A DNA stretch of 63,652 nucleotides, filler included, from Eubacteriales bacterium (GCA_045636665.1; 8 parts of 8 records of this genome joined end to end with filler, not necessarily neighbours in it); one strand, 5' to 3'; counted from the first letter of the whole stretch, positions 39,623 through 49,836 are shown. Numbers and translations: made by a program. The notes: a model not told the origin generated them from the sequence alone.

Positions 39623-40537
39623 GCCGCCCCATTCAACGACGGTAAAGCCGTTTCTTTCGGTCGGTTCAAAGGTTTGCGGTTCAATATCGATTTCGGTTTC
39701 CGACGGATAATACGTCATAAACACTCTTAACATCGTATCCGGCTTTGGTGTAACCGTTAATACCGCGCTTTCTGTATAGGCATCTGTCTGGAATGAGATT
39801 ACGTTATAAGGGTTGTTTTGCATCAAGGGAAGCCAATAGATAATAAATTCGTTTGCTTCACGTTCATTTAGTCCGAGTGCGGAAAGAGTCTGCTCCAAAA
39901 AGCTTGCGGTGTCTTCGCCCTTTACGCAGAAGCCCTTTGAAAAATTCCAATCTGCATAGGTCACACCCTCCCAATAGAGTGCGTAATAGCTTTTTCCGTC
40001 GGGAAAAACAAGGCTTCCGTTCGGATATGCGGTGAAATTGCTCCAGCCGTTTTCCTTATATTCGGGATAAGTGCAGGTAAATTCACCGTTAAGCAAAAGC
40101 TCGACGGAGCAAACAGTTTCCTTCTCGGGATAAAAATATATTATCGGCTTATAGGCAAGCATTAACGGAAGAACCTTTTCGGCGTATATGCGTGTCGGAT
40201 ATATTCCGTCTGCCGCCTTATATTTGGTGAATGTTACCTCGATTTCGGCACCCACGTCCCACTCCTCGAAGGCTTCGGTTATTATATCGACCTTTTCGCC
40301 GTATTCGTTTTTAAAGCGCACGTTGCCGGACTCTATTTGAAGAATATTGGGTTCGATCTTTTGGACGATTTTGCCGTAAACATATGCGTCTTCTACGGCT
40401 ATATAATCCTCTTGATTATTTACATCCTTGATGCTTTCTGCCGCGCTGATATTTTGCGAGGCTTCTTCATTTTCGGTGCATCCGAAGAAAGAAAGGCAAA
40501 ACGCAAATATTACAGCAAGGCATATAATCCTTTTCAT
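39623..40537 (-). CDS. Lipoprotein with conserved uncharacterised KPIIYFYP...VVEWGG domain, 3' truncated
   Basis: Lipobox FFGC; YKPIIYFYPEKE, ALYWEG, EANEFIIYWLP, LRVFM and GFTVVEWGG. Confidence 0.8.
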
Positions 40538-40546
40538 TCTTACCTC

Positions 40547-42211
40547 CTATTTAATATCGGTCAACGTACCGATGAAAATCGGAAGATTTCTTTCGCAGTC
40601 GATTATCATATAAACAAACGGGCGGTCGAGCGTGAGCTCCCACGCGTACATCGGAGCACATTCATCCCACATTTCGACCTTGGTGACCGCACCTGCCTTT
40701 GTACCGAGCTCGTCGACTTGGATAAAGGTTTTATGGAGCACGTCGCCGATAAAGATGTTGCCGCGAGTGCTTGTTGCCATATCTGTAAAGTCCGCTTTAT
40801 AGGCATCGAACGCCGTCGGCATACCGAGCGATTTCAGAACGCCGTTCATCGAAAGCTCGTATTCATAGCTGAACTTCGGCAATACTGCGTAGCCGCCCTT
40901 ATTTTGCACGTTGTTAAGCGCAGATTCGATATATTCGGGCGTAAGCGAATCGATATAACCGTAAATATCGTTTTCGTTGGGCAAAAGAGCAACAAAGGCA
41001 TATTTTTTATCCTTGTAGTACTTCAAAAATCCCTTTGCATCGGCGGTTTCGATATAATTGCTCTCCTCGGAATGCATCATATCGACCTTTTTGGTTTCGG
41101 AGGAAATATTTGTAAAATCACGCTTTGCGATATCCGAAAGCAAATACTGATTTTGCCATTCGGCATCGAAGCAGAGCGCATTTATAAGGTACATCACGGT
41201 ATCGCCCGATATGCTGTCGACTATTGTATCGATCATTCCGTCGGTGTTGTTGTTTACCCAATCGTTGATGTCCTTTACGGTTTGGGAATCGTTAAAATTC
41301 TTTTTAAATATCTGTGCGCCGTAAAAATCTTTATTCTTTTCGAGGAAGCTTTCGTTTACCGTCAAACGCTCTTCTTCATCACGGAACCAGATTGAATTTG
41401 CGATATGCATTTTGTATTTTTCGTCCGAGGGAAGCAAGGAAACGTAGTTATTAAGATATAAGTTCAGTTCTTCTATCGTCATATTGCCGCCGAGAAGCTT
41501 TTCCATTTCGGCTTTCGTTTGTCCCTTTGCGCCGTTTGCGGTCATTGCAAGTGCAAGCTGAATCGAAAGCGGAGAGATAAGGAGATTTTTGTTTTCGCTT
41601 GCCTTGCTCATTGCCTTAAAAAGGTCGATCGAAAGGCGAAGCTGTTGATATTCGGGATCTTGATTTACGTTGTCCTCGATTTGTGCGTATTCGGGAACTA
41701 TATATCCGTCTTCTGTCAGAGAAAAATCGGCTGTTGCTATGCCCTTCTTGGTTTCGGTTTCGGAGATATGGATATAGCATTCGGTCATCAAGCGGTAGTC
41801 GCCAGGCTTTGAAACGTCATAGTAATTCGAAACGTTATATTTCTTCTTATGCTCGGATTTGGGCTCGAGAACGATCCCAATTCCATTGAACGCATTCTCT
41901 TCTCCGTCCTCGCAGGTTACCCATTTGCCGTCGACATTTCTTCTAACCCAAAATGCTTCGCCGTATACTACCTCGTAATCGGTTTCATTTTTCCAAAGCA
42001 CCTCAAGCGTTACCTTGCCGTTATCCTCGGTAATTCCTTTGCTTTGAATCGATATGGCGGTCGCAAAGCTTATCTGCATATCGGTATTTTTATCGTCATT
42101 TTCGGTTTGGGATGCATCTAAGCCTTGGGATTCGGATTGATTTTCGTTTGCAGTTTGGCAGGCGGTGAGCAGCATGACCGCGCACAAAAGCATTGCTAAA
42201 AGCTTTTTCAT
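40547..42211 (-). CDS. Serpin family lipoprotein with N-terminal Ig-like domain
   Basis: Lipobox LTAC; NLLISPLSI, IANSIW, INDWVNNNTDGMI, LINALCFDAEW, LPKF, hinge DELGTKAGAVT and DRPFVYMI. Confidence 0.93.
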   Translation of the reverse strand: MKKLLAMLLCAVMLLTACQTANENQSESQGLDASQTENDDKNTDMQISFATAISIQSKGITEDNGKVTLEVLWKNETDYEVVYGEAFWVRRNVDGKWVTCEDGEENAFNGIGIVLEPKSEHKKKYNVSNYYDVSKPGDYRLMTECYIHISETETKKGIATADFSLTEDGYIVPEYAQIEDNVNQDPEYQQLRLSIDLFKAMSKASENKNLLISPLSIQLALAMTANGAKGQTKAEMEKLLGGNMTIEELNLYLNNYVSLLPSDEKYKMHIANSIWFRDEEERLTVNESFLEKNKDFYGAQIFKKNFNDSQTVKDINDWVNNNTDGMIDTIVDSISGDTVMYLINALCFDAEWQNQYLLSDIAKRDFTNISSETKKVDMMHSEESNYIETADAKGFLKYYKDKKYAFVALLPNENDIYGYIDSLTPEYIESALNNVQNKGGYAVLPKFSYEYELSMNGVLKSLGMPTAFDAYKADFTDMATSTRGNIFIGDVLHKTFIQVDELGTKAGAVTKVEMWDECAPMYAWELTLDRPFVYMIIDCERNLPIFIGTLTDIK

Positions 42212-42222
42212 AAGGACCTCCT

Positions 42223-42894
42223 TTAAGAAAACAGTTTTTCGATAAATTCACATTCGATTTCGGTAAGGATCATCGATTTTCCGGTTACGGTGTTTTTAAC
42301 GGTGTTTCCGGACAGCTTATAAACGGCTTTGCTTCCGTCATTGTAATTAATGACGATGATCAAGCTTTTTTCAACAGCATCGAAGGAAGAATCATACGGC
42401 GGCAAATCCTCCTCGGCGTCCGCTTCTTTTGAAAATGTTTCTTCGGCTTCTTCGTCTTCGAACACGTCGGCTTCATCACCGGGAACGCTTGGGTTGCCGA
42501 CATATTGAAGCAGGTACGAAAGTCTTTTCGCATCGCTTTGGCCGACAGTTACCGTCTTGCCGTTGCTACTCTTTAACTCGGCAGAAATTACAGGAGCTTC
42601 TGCTGAATCGCACTCCAAATCGATAGAGGGTTCAAGCATCTCCGTTTTTGACATTTCTACGGATGCGCCGCTTGACATTTCGGTACCGTAATATAAGCCT
42701 TCGGTGGGTGCTTTGTCGGTCAGGCTCGCTTCGCGTAATTTCAAAAGCTTCGGAGCAAGCACTACCGCGACCGTAACGCAAAGGCAAAACGATAATGCGC
42801 ACGCTGTATATACCTTACGCTTTCTCTTTTTTTCTTTTATTTGATTGTCGCTTCGGCGGATTATTTCCGCCTTGATCTCATTAAAATCTCTCAT
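42223..42894 (-). CDS. Putative single-TM anti-sigma factor
   Basis: ATGA overlap with the ECF sigma gene; short basic N-terminus, one TM helix and an acidic extracellular region. Confidence 0.65.
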   Translation of the reverse strand: MRDFNEIKAEIIRRSDNQIKEKKRKRKVYTACALSFCLCVTVAVVLAPKLLKLREASLTDKAPTEGLYYGTEMSSGASVEMSKTEMLEPSIDLECDSAEAPVISAELKSSNGKTVTVGQSDAKRLSYLLQYVGNPSVPGDEADVFEDEEAEETFSKEADAEEDLPPYDSSFDAVEKSLIIVINYNDGSKAVYKLSGNTVKNTVTGKSMILTEIECEFIEKLFS

Positions 42895-43439
42895 ATATTC
42901 TCACCGTTATTTTCAAGAATGGCGCGCAATTGATTTTTAGCTCGGTAAAGCAGATTGTCAACCTGTTTTTTACTTTTTTTCATCACCCGTGCCGCTTCTT
43001 CATAGGACATATTCTCGAAATATATAAGATATACAATAATACGCATCTCCCCGGAGAGCGTCGAAAGCGCCTTGTAAAGCGCTCTTTTTTGCTCGTCAAG
43101 GATGAGCGAATCCACCGGCGAAGCAATATCGGAGGCTTGCTCTTTAGCTTCGTCGAGTGACGTGAATCTTATAGTATTTCTTCGTTTTATGTAATTTTTG
43201 GCGCGGCTTTTTGCGAGCATAAACAGATAGGTTTTAAGCGTGACCTTAAAATTATAGCGTTTTTTGTTCACTATAAGGTCGGAAAGGGTATCGATGGCGA
43301 TATCCTCCGATGCCTGAAAATCACTTATATATCCGTTTATGAAAAATACCAGACTGTCAAAATATTCTTTAACGATTTCGTCAAATGCTTCTTCGTCACC
43401 ATTTAGAAAACGGCGGTAGCTACAAGCACCGTTATCCAT
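42891..43439 (-). CDS. ECF-type RNA polymerase sigma factor
   Basis: GDEEAFDEIV and LKTYLFMLAKSRAKN (region 2); YFENMSYEEAARVM..VDNLLYRAK (region 4). Confidence 0.92.
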   Translation of the reverse strand: MDNGACSYRRFLNGDEEAFDEIVKEYFDSLVFFINGYISDFQASEDIAIDTLSDLIVNKKRYNFKVTLKTYLFMLAKSRAKNYIKRRNTIRFTSLDEAKEQASDIASPVDSLILDEQKRALYKALSTLSGEMRIIVYLIYFENMSYEEAARVMKKSKKQVDNLLYRAKNQLRAILENNGENI

Positions 43440-43559
43440 TTAAGCTCCTCCGAAGTTGCGAGTTTTTTGCTCCTTCACCTATTATACAACCGAAATTTTA
43501 AAAATCCTTATATTTTAGCAAAAAAGGTGCGTAAAATTTTTCACGCACCCTAATTTTAT

Positions 43560-44936
43560 TTAACTCTTTAAGAAAGCAACGCTTGCGCGGAGCATTTCAT
43601 AAATATCGTATTTACTTGCAAGCTCGGTTACAGAGTGCATCGAAAGTATCGGCACGCCGCAATCGATTACTTCAATGCCGTAATGCGCGATATCAGCCGC
43701 AACAGTACCTGCGCCGCCTTGGTCTACCTTGCCGTATTCGCCAACCTGCCAAGCAACGCCTGCTTCGTCAAATATACGAGCAACCTTATTAAGTGTTTCG
43801 GCAGACGCATCCGAGCAACCGCTCTTTCCGCGCGAGCCTGTATATTTGCTTATTGCAACACCGCGGTGGAGATAAACCGAGTTAGCAGCTTCATAAGCAT
43901 CGCCAAAGCAGGGATCGTAAGCGCCGCCAACGTCTGCGGAAAGACAGATGCTGTTCTTCTTGCACGCGAGATAGTTAGCGCCGGTTGCTTCGCAAAGCGC
44001 TTTGATAAAATCGGGATAGGTTTCACTGCCCAAGCCCGTAACGCCGTAAGAGCCGATTTCTTCCTTGTCGGCAAGCATAACGATAGAGGTATGCTCGGGA
44101 ATTTCATCAGCATCGGCAAGAGCGCGGAAGGAGGGGTATGCACAGATTCTATCGTCGTGACCAAATGCGCAGATAAGCGAACGGTCAAAGCCGACCTCGC
44201 GCGACATCATTGCGGGAACTGCGGTAAGCTCTGCAGTGATAAGGTCGCGCTCGGTAATACCGTATTTTTCATTGAGAATAGAAAGCACCTTAAGCTTAAC
44301 GCCTCCGTCGGCATCAAGCGGAAGCGAGCCGTTGATGATGTTAAGACCTTCGCCCGGAATAAATTCCGAAGCACCCTTGCTCATCTGATCCTTGCCGATG
44401 TGGGGCATAAGATCGGAAATATAGAAAACAGGGTCGTTTTCATCGGCGCCGATATTAATATCGATGCGTGTGCCGTCGGCACGGTAAACTACGCCGTGAA
44501 GCTCCAACGGAATTGCGGTCCATTGATATTTTTTGATACCGCCGTAATAGTGAGTCTTGAAATATGCGATGCCGCTGTTTTCATAAAGCGGTTGGGGCTT
44601 AAGATCAAGACGGGGATTGTCGATATGCGACGCGATAATGCGGCAGCCCTCGTCAAGCGGCTTTTTGCCGATAACCGCAAAGATAACGCTCTTTTCGTGG
44701 TTTACATAACTAATTCTGTCGCCTGCCTTAAGCTCTTGTCCCAGGGTGAAGGGCTTAAAGCCCTTTGCAATAGCTTCGCCCTCGGTATAATTTACCGCCT
44801 GACGCTCTATTTTCGCGTTGTCGATAAAGTTGCGGTAATCCTTGATAAACGCTTCAACCTTTACCAATTCCGCTTGGTCGGTGGGAATCGAATAGCTTCT
44901 TTTGTATTCCAATTTTTCTGCTTCTTTTCTTTCCAT
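43560..44936 (-). CDS. M18 family aminopeptidase
   Basis: SHIDNPRLDLK, HYYGGIKKYQW, GHDDR, DKEEIGS and LSMHS; an alternative start at 44951 is possible. Confidence 0.9.
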   Translation of the reverse strand: MERKEAEKLEYKRSYSIPTDQAELVKVEAFIKDYRNFIDNAKIERQAVNYTEGEAIAKGFKPFTLGQELKAGDRISYVNHEKSVIFAVIGKKPLDEGCRIIASHIDNPRLDLKPQPLYENSGIAYFKTHYYGGIKKYQWTAIPLELHGVVYRADGTRIDINIGADENDPVFYISDLMPHIGKDQMSKGASEFIPGEGLNIINGSLPLDADGGVKLKVLSILNEKYGITERDLITAELTAVPAMMSREVGFDRSLICAFGHDDRICAYPSFRALADADEIPEHTSIVMLADKEEIGSYGVTGLGSETYPDFIKALCEATGANYLACKKNSICLSADVGGAYDPCFGDAYEAANSVYLHRGVAISKYTGSRGKSGCSDASAETLNKVARIFDEAGVAWQVGEYGKVDQGGAGTVAADIAHYGIEVIDCGVPILSMHSVTELASKYDIYEMLRASVAFLKS

Positions 44937-44940
44937 TTCC

Positions 44941-45495
44941 TTAATCCTCATCGTTATAATATAGTTTTTTATATGTATTGTAATTGCCTGTAACTTTGTT
45001 TACATAATTTTTTGTTTCTTCAAACGGAATCGATTTAAGATTGATTCCGTCGTCGCTGTATTCTTTGTTTTTCAGCCAAGCAGTGACCCTTCCGTGACCT
45101 GCGTTGTAGGCGGCGATTGCGGTTTCCCAGCTTCCGAAGCGATTATACAAATGACGGAGATAATAGGTTCCGTATTTAATATTGGTTTCGGGGTCGTTTA
45201 TTTCGCCCGTGGGCGCATCCTCATCTAAAAGGCGCGAAAGCCAATCAAGTGTATCGGGCATTAATTGCATCAAGCCGATAGCGCCGACGCTCGATTTTGC
45301 TTCGGGATCAAAGCTGCTTTCGGTGCGAATTACTGCATAAATCAACGCCTCGGGAACGTCGAATTCGTTTGAATATTTCGTAACGTATTCGGTGAATTCG
45401 CGCTGATAGAATATTTTTTCGATTTCGTCAACGCACAAAACGGCAACGGTTGCAAAAATGGCAATGAGTATTAAAATTACAACTGCTTTTTGCAT
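44941..45495 (-). CDS. Lytic transglycosylase (SLT domain)
   Basis: AVIRTESSF, GAIGLMQLMP, AAYNAG and ETKNYV; next to coaE as in many Clostridia. Confidence 0.92.
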   Translation of the reverse strand: MQKAVVILILIAIFATVAVLCVDEIEKIFYQREFTEYVTKYSNEFDVPEALIYAVIRTESSFDPEAKSSVGAIGLMQLMPDTLDWLSRLLDEDAPTGEINDPETNIKYGTYYLRHLYNRFGSWETAIAAYNAGHGRVTAWLKNKEYSDDGINLKSIPFEETKNYVNKVTGNYNTYKKLYYNDED

Positions 45496-45498
45496 CGC

Positions 45499-46083
45499 CT
45501 ACTCCTTTAATGCAAGCGCAACGCTTCTTGACGCTTCCAAAAACGCTTCAAGCGTTGTATCGTTGTAGATGACTGTATCGCTGTGCTCGATTAAAAAATC
45601 GCTTGACGGCTGATTTGAGAGGCGTGAGAGTGCTTGTTGTTCGGTAATTCCGTCGCGTTGAACGATTCGCGTCATACAGAAGTCATCGGTTGCGACGATT
45701 GCAACGATATGCTCGCATATTTGATCGATACCGCTTTCAAACAGCGTGGGCGCATCGAGAATAACGGTTGAAGCTTCGGGCAGTGTATTTAAAATTCTGT
45801 CAATCTCAATTCTGATATGCTTGTGTGTTACTGTGTTTAAAAGCTTGAGCTTTTCTTTATCCGAAAAAACGATTTTTGCAAGCTCCTTGCGGTTAAGATA
45901 ACCGTCTTTTATTAATTCGTTTCCGAAATTTTCGCCGATTTCTTTAAGACATTCGCTTTCTTTCGAAACAAGCTCTTTATATACTGCATCGCAATCGATA
46001 ACAATTAATCCGCATTCCTTTGCAACCGAACAAAAGCTGCTTTTTCCGCTTCCGCTTCTTCCGCATAATCCGATCAGTCGCAT
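45499..46083 (-). CDS. coaE: Dephospho-CoA kinase
   Basis: IGLCGRSGSGKS, LNRKELAKIVF, ILDAPTLFESG and RDG. Confidence 0.92.
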   Translation of the reverse strand: MRLIGLCGRSGSGKSSFCSVAKECGLIVIDCDAVYKELVSKESECLKEIGENFGNELIKDGYLNRKELAKIVFSDKEKLKLLNTVTHKHIRIEIDRILNTLPEASTVILDAPTLFESGIDQICEHIVAIVATDDFCMTRIVQRDGITEQQALSRLSNQPSSDFLIEHSDTVIYNDTTLEAFLEASRSVALALKE

Positions 46084-46712
46084 TTGCCCAAAACCTCCTC
46101 GAGCTTTTCCTTTGGAAACGAGCCAAGACGCAATATCTTCGGCACTTCGCCTACCATTGAAACGATTGTCGATTCAAGTCCGAATTCACATTCGCCGCCG
46201 TCGAGAATTATATCTGCAACATCCTTAACCGAATCGAGTCCGTTTGCATCGATCGCGCTTTTTGCGCCCGATATGTTTGCGCTGGTTGCGGCTATCGGGC
46301 AATTAAACGCTTTTGAAATTTCGATAAAATTATTGTTCGACGGAAAGCGCAAGCCAACGGTATCTCCACCCGATACGGCTATCGACGGAACCTCACTTTT
46401 CCTTTTAACGACCAAGGTAAGCGGTCCGGGGGTGAAGCGCTTGATAAGCTCGCGGGCAGAGTCGTCAAGAATTGCCACCCTTTCAGCCATTTCGATGCCG
46501 TTAATATGCATTAACAGAGGTTTATCGTAAGGGCGTTGCTTTTTTTCGTACAGCGCCTTTATTGCAGATTCGTTAAATGCATCGACACCGATGCCGTAAA
46601 CGGTTTCGGTCGGAAAAACGGCAAGACCGCCCTTTTTAAGCATATTTACGATTTCTTCAATTGCTTTTTTATCGACGCTTGATTCGTTTGAAAATAAGAT
46701 TTTAGCAGACAA
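46074..46712 (-). CDS. tsaC: L-threonylcarbamoyladenylate synthase (YrdC domain only)
   Basis: FPTETVYG, KQRPYDKPL, PGPLT, ATSANISG and STIV. Confidence 0.9.
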   Translation of the reverse strand: MSAKILFSNESSVDKKAIEEIVNMLKKGGLAVFPTETVYGIGVDAFNESAIKALYEKKQRPYDKPLLMHINGIEMAERVAILDDSARELIKRFTPGPLTLVVKRKSEVPSIAVSGGDTVGLRFPSNNNFIEISKAFNCPIAATSANISGAKSAIDANGLDSVKDVADIILDGGECEFGLESTIVSMVGEVPKILRLGSFPKEKLEEVLGKCD

Positions 46713-46838
46713 TTATCTCACCTCAAGTTAATTGTATCACATATATTTGCTTTTTTCCACTATTTGGCGAAAAAAACTATTGAATAAGGGTTGTTTGTTT
46801 GGTATAATGTGTTGATTAGTTTAATATTGGAGATAATT

Positions 46839-47462
46839 ATGCCGATAAAGATACCTATGTCGCTTCCCGCGGCGGAGTCGTTAATCAAAGAAAACATTTT
46901 CGTTATGGACGAAGCTCGCGCTGTTAAGCAGGATATCCGTCCGCTTAAAATCGCAATAATGAATCTTATGCCCACGAAAATTGTTACCGAAACACAATTT
47001 TTGCGTTTGCTTTCAAATACTCCGTTGCAGTTGGATATTACTCTGCTCAACACCGCATCGCACGTTTCGAAAAACACATCCGAGGAGCATCTTGCGACCT
47101 TTTACAAAACCTTCGACGAGGTCAAGCACGAAAAGTTTGACGGTCTTATAATCACAGGCGCACCCGTTGAGCTTCTTGACTTTAAGGACGTTGATTATTG
47201 GGATGAGCTTTGCGAGCTTGTCGCTTGGGCGAAGAAAAACGTTTATTCCACAATGTACGTTTGCTGGGGCGCATACGCAGGTCTTTATATCAATCACGGC
47301 ATTGAAAAAATTGCGCTTGACAAAAAGGTTTCGGGCGTTTTCAGACACGAAACCCTTGTTCCCGAATACGCGCTCGTTCGCGGCTTTAACAAGCAATTCT
47401 CGGCACCCCATTCCCGTTATTCGGGCGTTAAACGCGAGGATATCGAAAAGGTTGACGACCTT
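46839..47462 (+). CDS. metA: Homoserine O-acyltransferase (Glu in ITGAPVE suggests acetyl-CoA use), 3' truncated
   Basis: MPIKIP, QDIRPL, NLMPTK, ITGAPVE, CWGA and PHSR. Confidence 0.93.
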
Positions 47463-47562
47463 NNNNNNNNNNNNNNNNNNNNNNNNNNNNNNNNNNNNNN
47501 NNNNNNTTAATTAATTAANNNNNNNNNNNNNNNNNNNNNNNNNNNNNNNNNNNNNNNNNNNN
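47463..47562. other. Artificial contig linker
   Basis: N44-TTAATTAATTAA-N44. Confidence 0.98.
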
Positions 47563-47689
47563 GACGAAGCAATGCCTCGCAATACGCATCTTTAATTTCC
47601 TCGCCAAGGTTAGCAAGTGAATAAAAGGCGCAATAATCGCACTTTTTAACGCAAAAGGGGATGTGGAAATACAACGCGATATTATTCAT
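47563..47689 (-). CDS. hemW: Radical SAM HemW/HemN-like protein, N-terminal fragment
   Basis: [22 protein letters not shown] (CxxxCxxC); overlaps the lepA stop, the conserved lepA-hemW order. Confidence 0.85.
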
Positions 47690-49490
47690 CGTCGTATTTA
47701 AGCACCGCCATAAACGCTTCCTGCGGCACTTCAACCGTACCGAGCGTACGCATACGCTTTTTACCCTCTTTTTGCTTTTCAAGAAGCTTCTTTTTACGGG
47801 TAATGTCACCGCCGTAGCATTTCGCAAGAACGTCTTTTCTCATCGCCTTGACTGTTTCACGCGCGATAATCTTACCGCCGATAGCCGCCTGAACGGGGAT
47901 TTCAAAAAGCTGACGGGGGATGTTGTCCTTCAATTTTTCGCAAATACGTCTTGCGCGCGGATATGCTCTGTCCGAATGGACGATAAAGGAAAGCGCGTCG
48001 ACAACGTCGCCGTTCAAAAGAATGTCGAGCTTGCTCAATTTGCTCGGTCTGTAATCCTTAAATTCATAGTCGAGCGAGGCATAGCCCTTGCTCTTGGACT
48101 TCAAGGAATCGAAAAAGTCATAAACGATTTCGTTAAGCGGCAAAAGGTAATGCAATTCGGCGCGGTTTGTGTCGATGTATTTCATATCGATATATTCGCC
48201 GCGTCTGTCGTTGCAAAGCTGCATTATCGTGCCGACGTATTCGGTCGGGGTAATAACCGTCGCCTTAACGAACGGCTCGCAAGCGGTTTCGATAACCGCA
48301 GGGTCGGGGTAGTTCGTCGGGTTGTCGATATAAACGACCTCGCCGTTGGTTTTGTGGATTTCATAAATAACGCTCGGCGCGGTGGTGATAAGGTCGAGCA
48401 TAAATTCGCGCTCAAGACGTTCCTCGATAATTTCCATGTGAAGAAGTCCCAAAAATCCGCAACGGAAGCCAAAGCCCAACGCAACCGAGGTTTCAAGCTC
48501 ATAGGTGAACGACGAATCGTTCAATCTCAGCTTGTCAAGCGCGTCCTTCAAATCGCCGTATTTACTGCCGTCGGCAGGGTAGATACCGGCATAAACCATC
48601 GGTTGGCTCTTTTTAAAGCCGGGAAGCGGCTTTTCACAGGGGTTGTCGCAAAGCGTAACGGTATCGCCGACGTCGGTATCGGCAATGTTTTTGATGCTCG
48701 CGGTGAAATAACCAACCTCGCCCGCTTCAAGATATTCCTTCTTTTCAAGCGAAAAGGTCGAAAGAGTGCCAAGCTCGATAATTTCAAATTCCGCGCCAGT
48801 GTGCATCATACGAACCCTGTCGCCAACGCGCATTCTGCCGTTTTTAACGCGGATGTAAACGATAACGCCCTTGTAAGAATCGTAATAGCTGTCGAAAACC
48901 AACGCTTCAAGCGGCTTTTCGGCATCGCCCTTGGGGTGGGGGATGTTTTTGACAATCTGCTCAAGCACGTCCTTGATATTAATGCCCATTTTTGCGCTGA
49001 TGCAGGGCGCCTCGTCGGCAGGGATGCCGATAATGTCCTCAATCTCGCGCTTAGCCATTTCGGGGTCGGCACTGGGCAGGTCGATTTTGTTGATAACCGG
49101 TAAAATTTCAAGGTCGTGGTCAACGGCAAGGTAAGCGTTCGCAAGCGTTTGCGCTTGGATACCTTGGGTTGAATCGACAATAAGCACCGCGCCCTCGCAA
49201 GCCGCAAGAGATCTCGAAACCTCATACCCAAAGTCGACGTGACCGGGGGTGTCGATAAGGTTCAGCGCATAGGTGTTACCGTCGTCGGCATTGTAATCAA
49301 ACCGAACCGCACGCGCCTTTATGGTAATACCGCGCTCGCGCTCAAGCTCCATATTGTCAAGCATCTGCTCGTCAATATCGCGCTTTTGTACCGCGCCCGT
49401 GTATTCAAGCAAACGGTCGGCAAGCGTGCTCTTACCGTGGTCGATGTGCGCAATTATAGAAAAATTTCTGATTTTTTCAATGTTGGTCAT
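47682..49490 (-). CDS. lepA: Translation elongation factor 4
   Basis: [36 protein letters not shown] and [10 protein letters not shown]. Confidence 0.97.
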   Translation of the reverse strand: MTNIEKIRNFSIIAHIDHGKSTLADRLLEYTGAVQKRDIDEQMLDNMELERERGITIKARAVRFDYNADDGNTYALNLIDTPGHVDFGYEVSRSLAACEGAVLIVDSTQGIQAQTLANAYLAVDHDLEILPVINKIDLPSADPEMAKREIEDIIGIPADEAPCISAKMGINIKDVLEQIVKNIPHPKGDAEKPLEALVFDSYYDSYKGVIVYIRVKNGRMRVGDRVRMMHTGAEFEIIELGTLSTFSLEKKEYLEAGEVGYFTASIKNIADTDVGDTVTLCDNPCEKPLPGFKKSQPMVYAGIYPADGSKYGDLKDALDKLRLNDSSFTYELETSVALGFGFRCGFLGLLHMEIIEERLEREFMLDLITTAPSVIYEIHKTNGEVVYIDNPTNYPDPAVIETACEPFVKATVITPTEYVGTIMQLCNDRRGEYIDMKYIDTNRAELHYLLPLNEIVYDFFDSLKSKSKGYASLDYEFKDYRPSKLSKLDILLNGDVVDALSFIVHSDRAYPRARRICEKLKDNIPRQLFEIPVQAAIGGKIIARETVKAMRKDVLAKCYGGDITRKKKLLEKQKEGKKRMRTLGTVEVPQEAFMAVLKYDDE

Positions 49491-49590
49491 AGCAATTTTC
49501 CTGTAAGTATAATTTAACACTTTATTATACTATATATTCCTTGATTTTTCAAGAATTATTTTGTTGTGGGAGTGGATTTTGGGTTATAGT

Positions 49591-49624
49591 GCGAGAAAAA
49601 CTTTTTGAAAAAAGTCTTTCTCGC
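49591..49624. repeat. AT-rich palindromic extragenic element
   Basis: GCGAGAAAAACTTTTT-GA-AAAAAGTCTTTCTCGC. Confidence 0.6.
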
Positions 49625-49690
49625 GCTCTTTTTAAAAAGCTTTTAATATAATTATTATTTGTGCACTTAAGTTGCGTTTGTTTTAATTTA

Positions 49691-49785
49691 CCCCTCATCC
49701 GTCAAAATCAAAGATTTTGCCACCTTCCCCCACACCCACCCCAAAAACGACAAGCGTTTTCGGGGACCCCGTTCGGGGGAAGGCT
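49691..49785. repeat. Composite REP-like multi-hairpin element
   Basis: CAAAATC-AAA-GATTTTG hairpin; CCTTCCCCC...GGGGGAAGG stem enclosing a second hairpin CCCCAAAAACG...CGTTTTCGGGG. Confidence 0.65.
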
Positions 49786-49836
49786 ATTCAGACCGTTGCC
49801 GTAACAAATACCTTGATATGGGGTTAAATGCACAAG

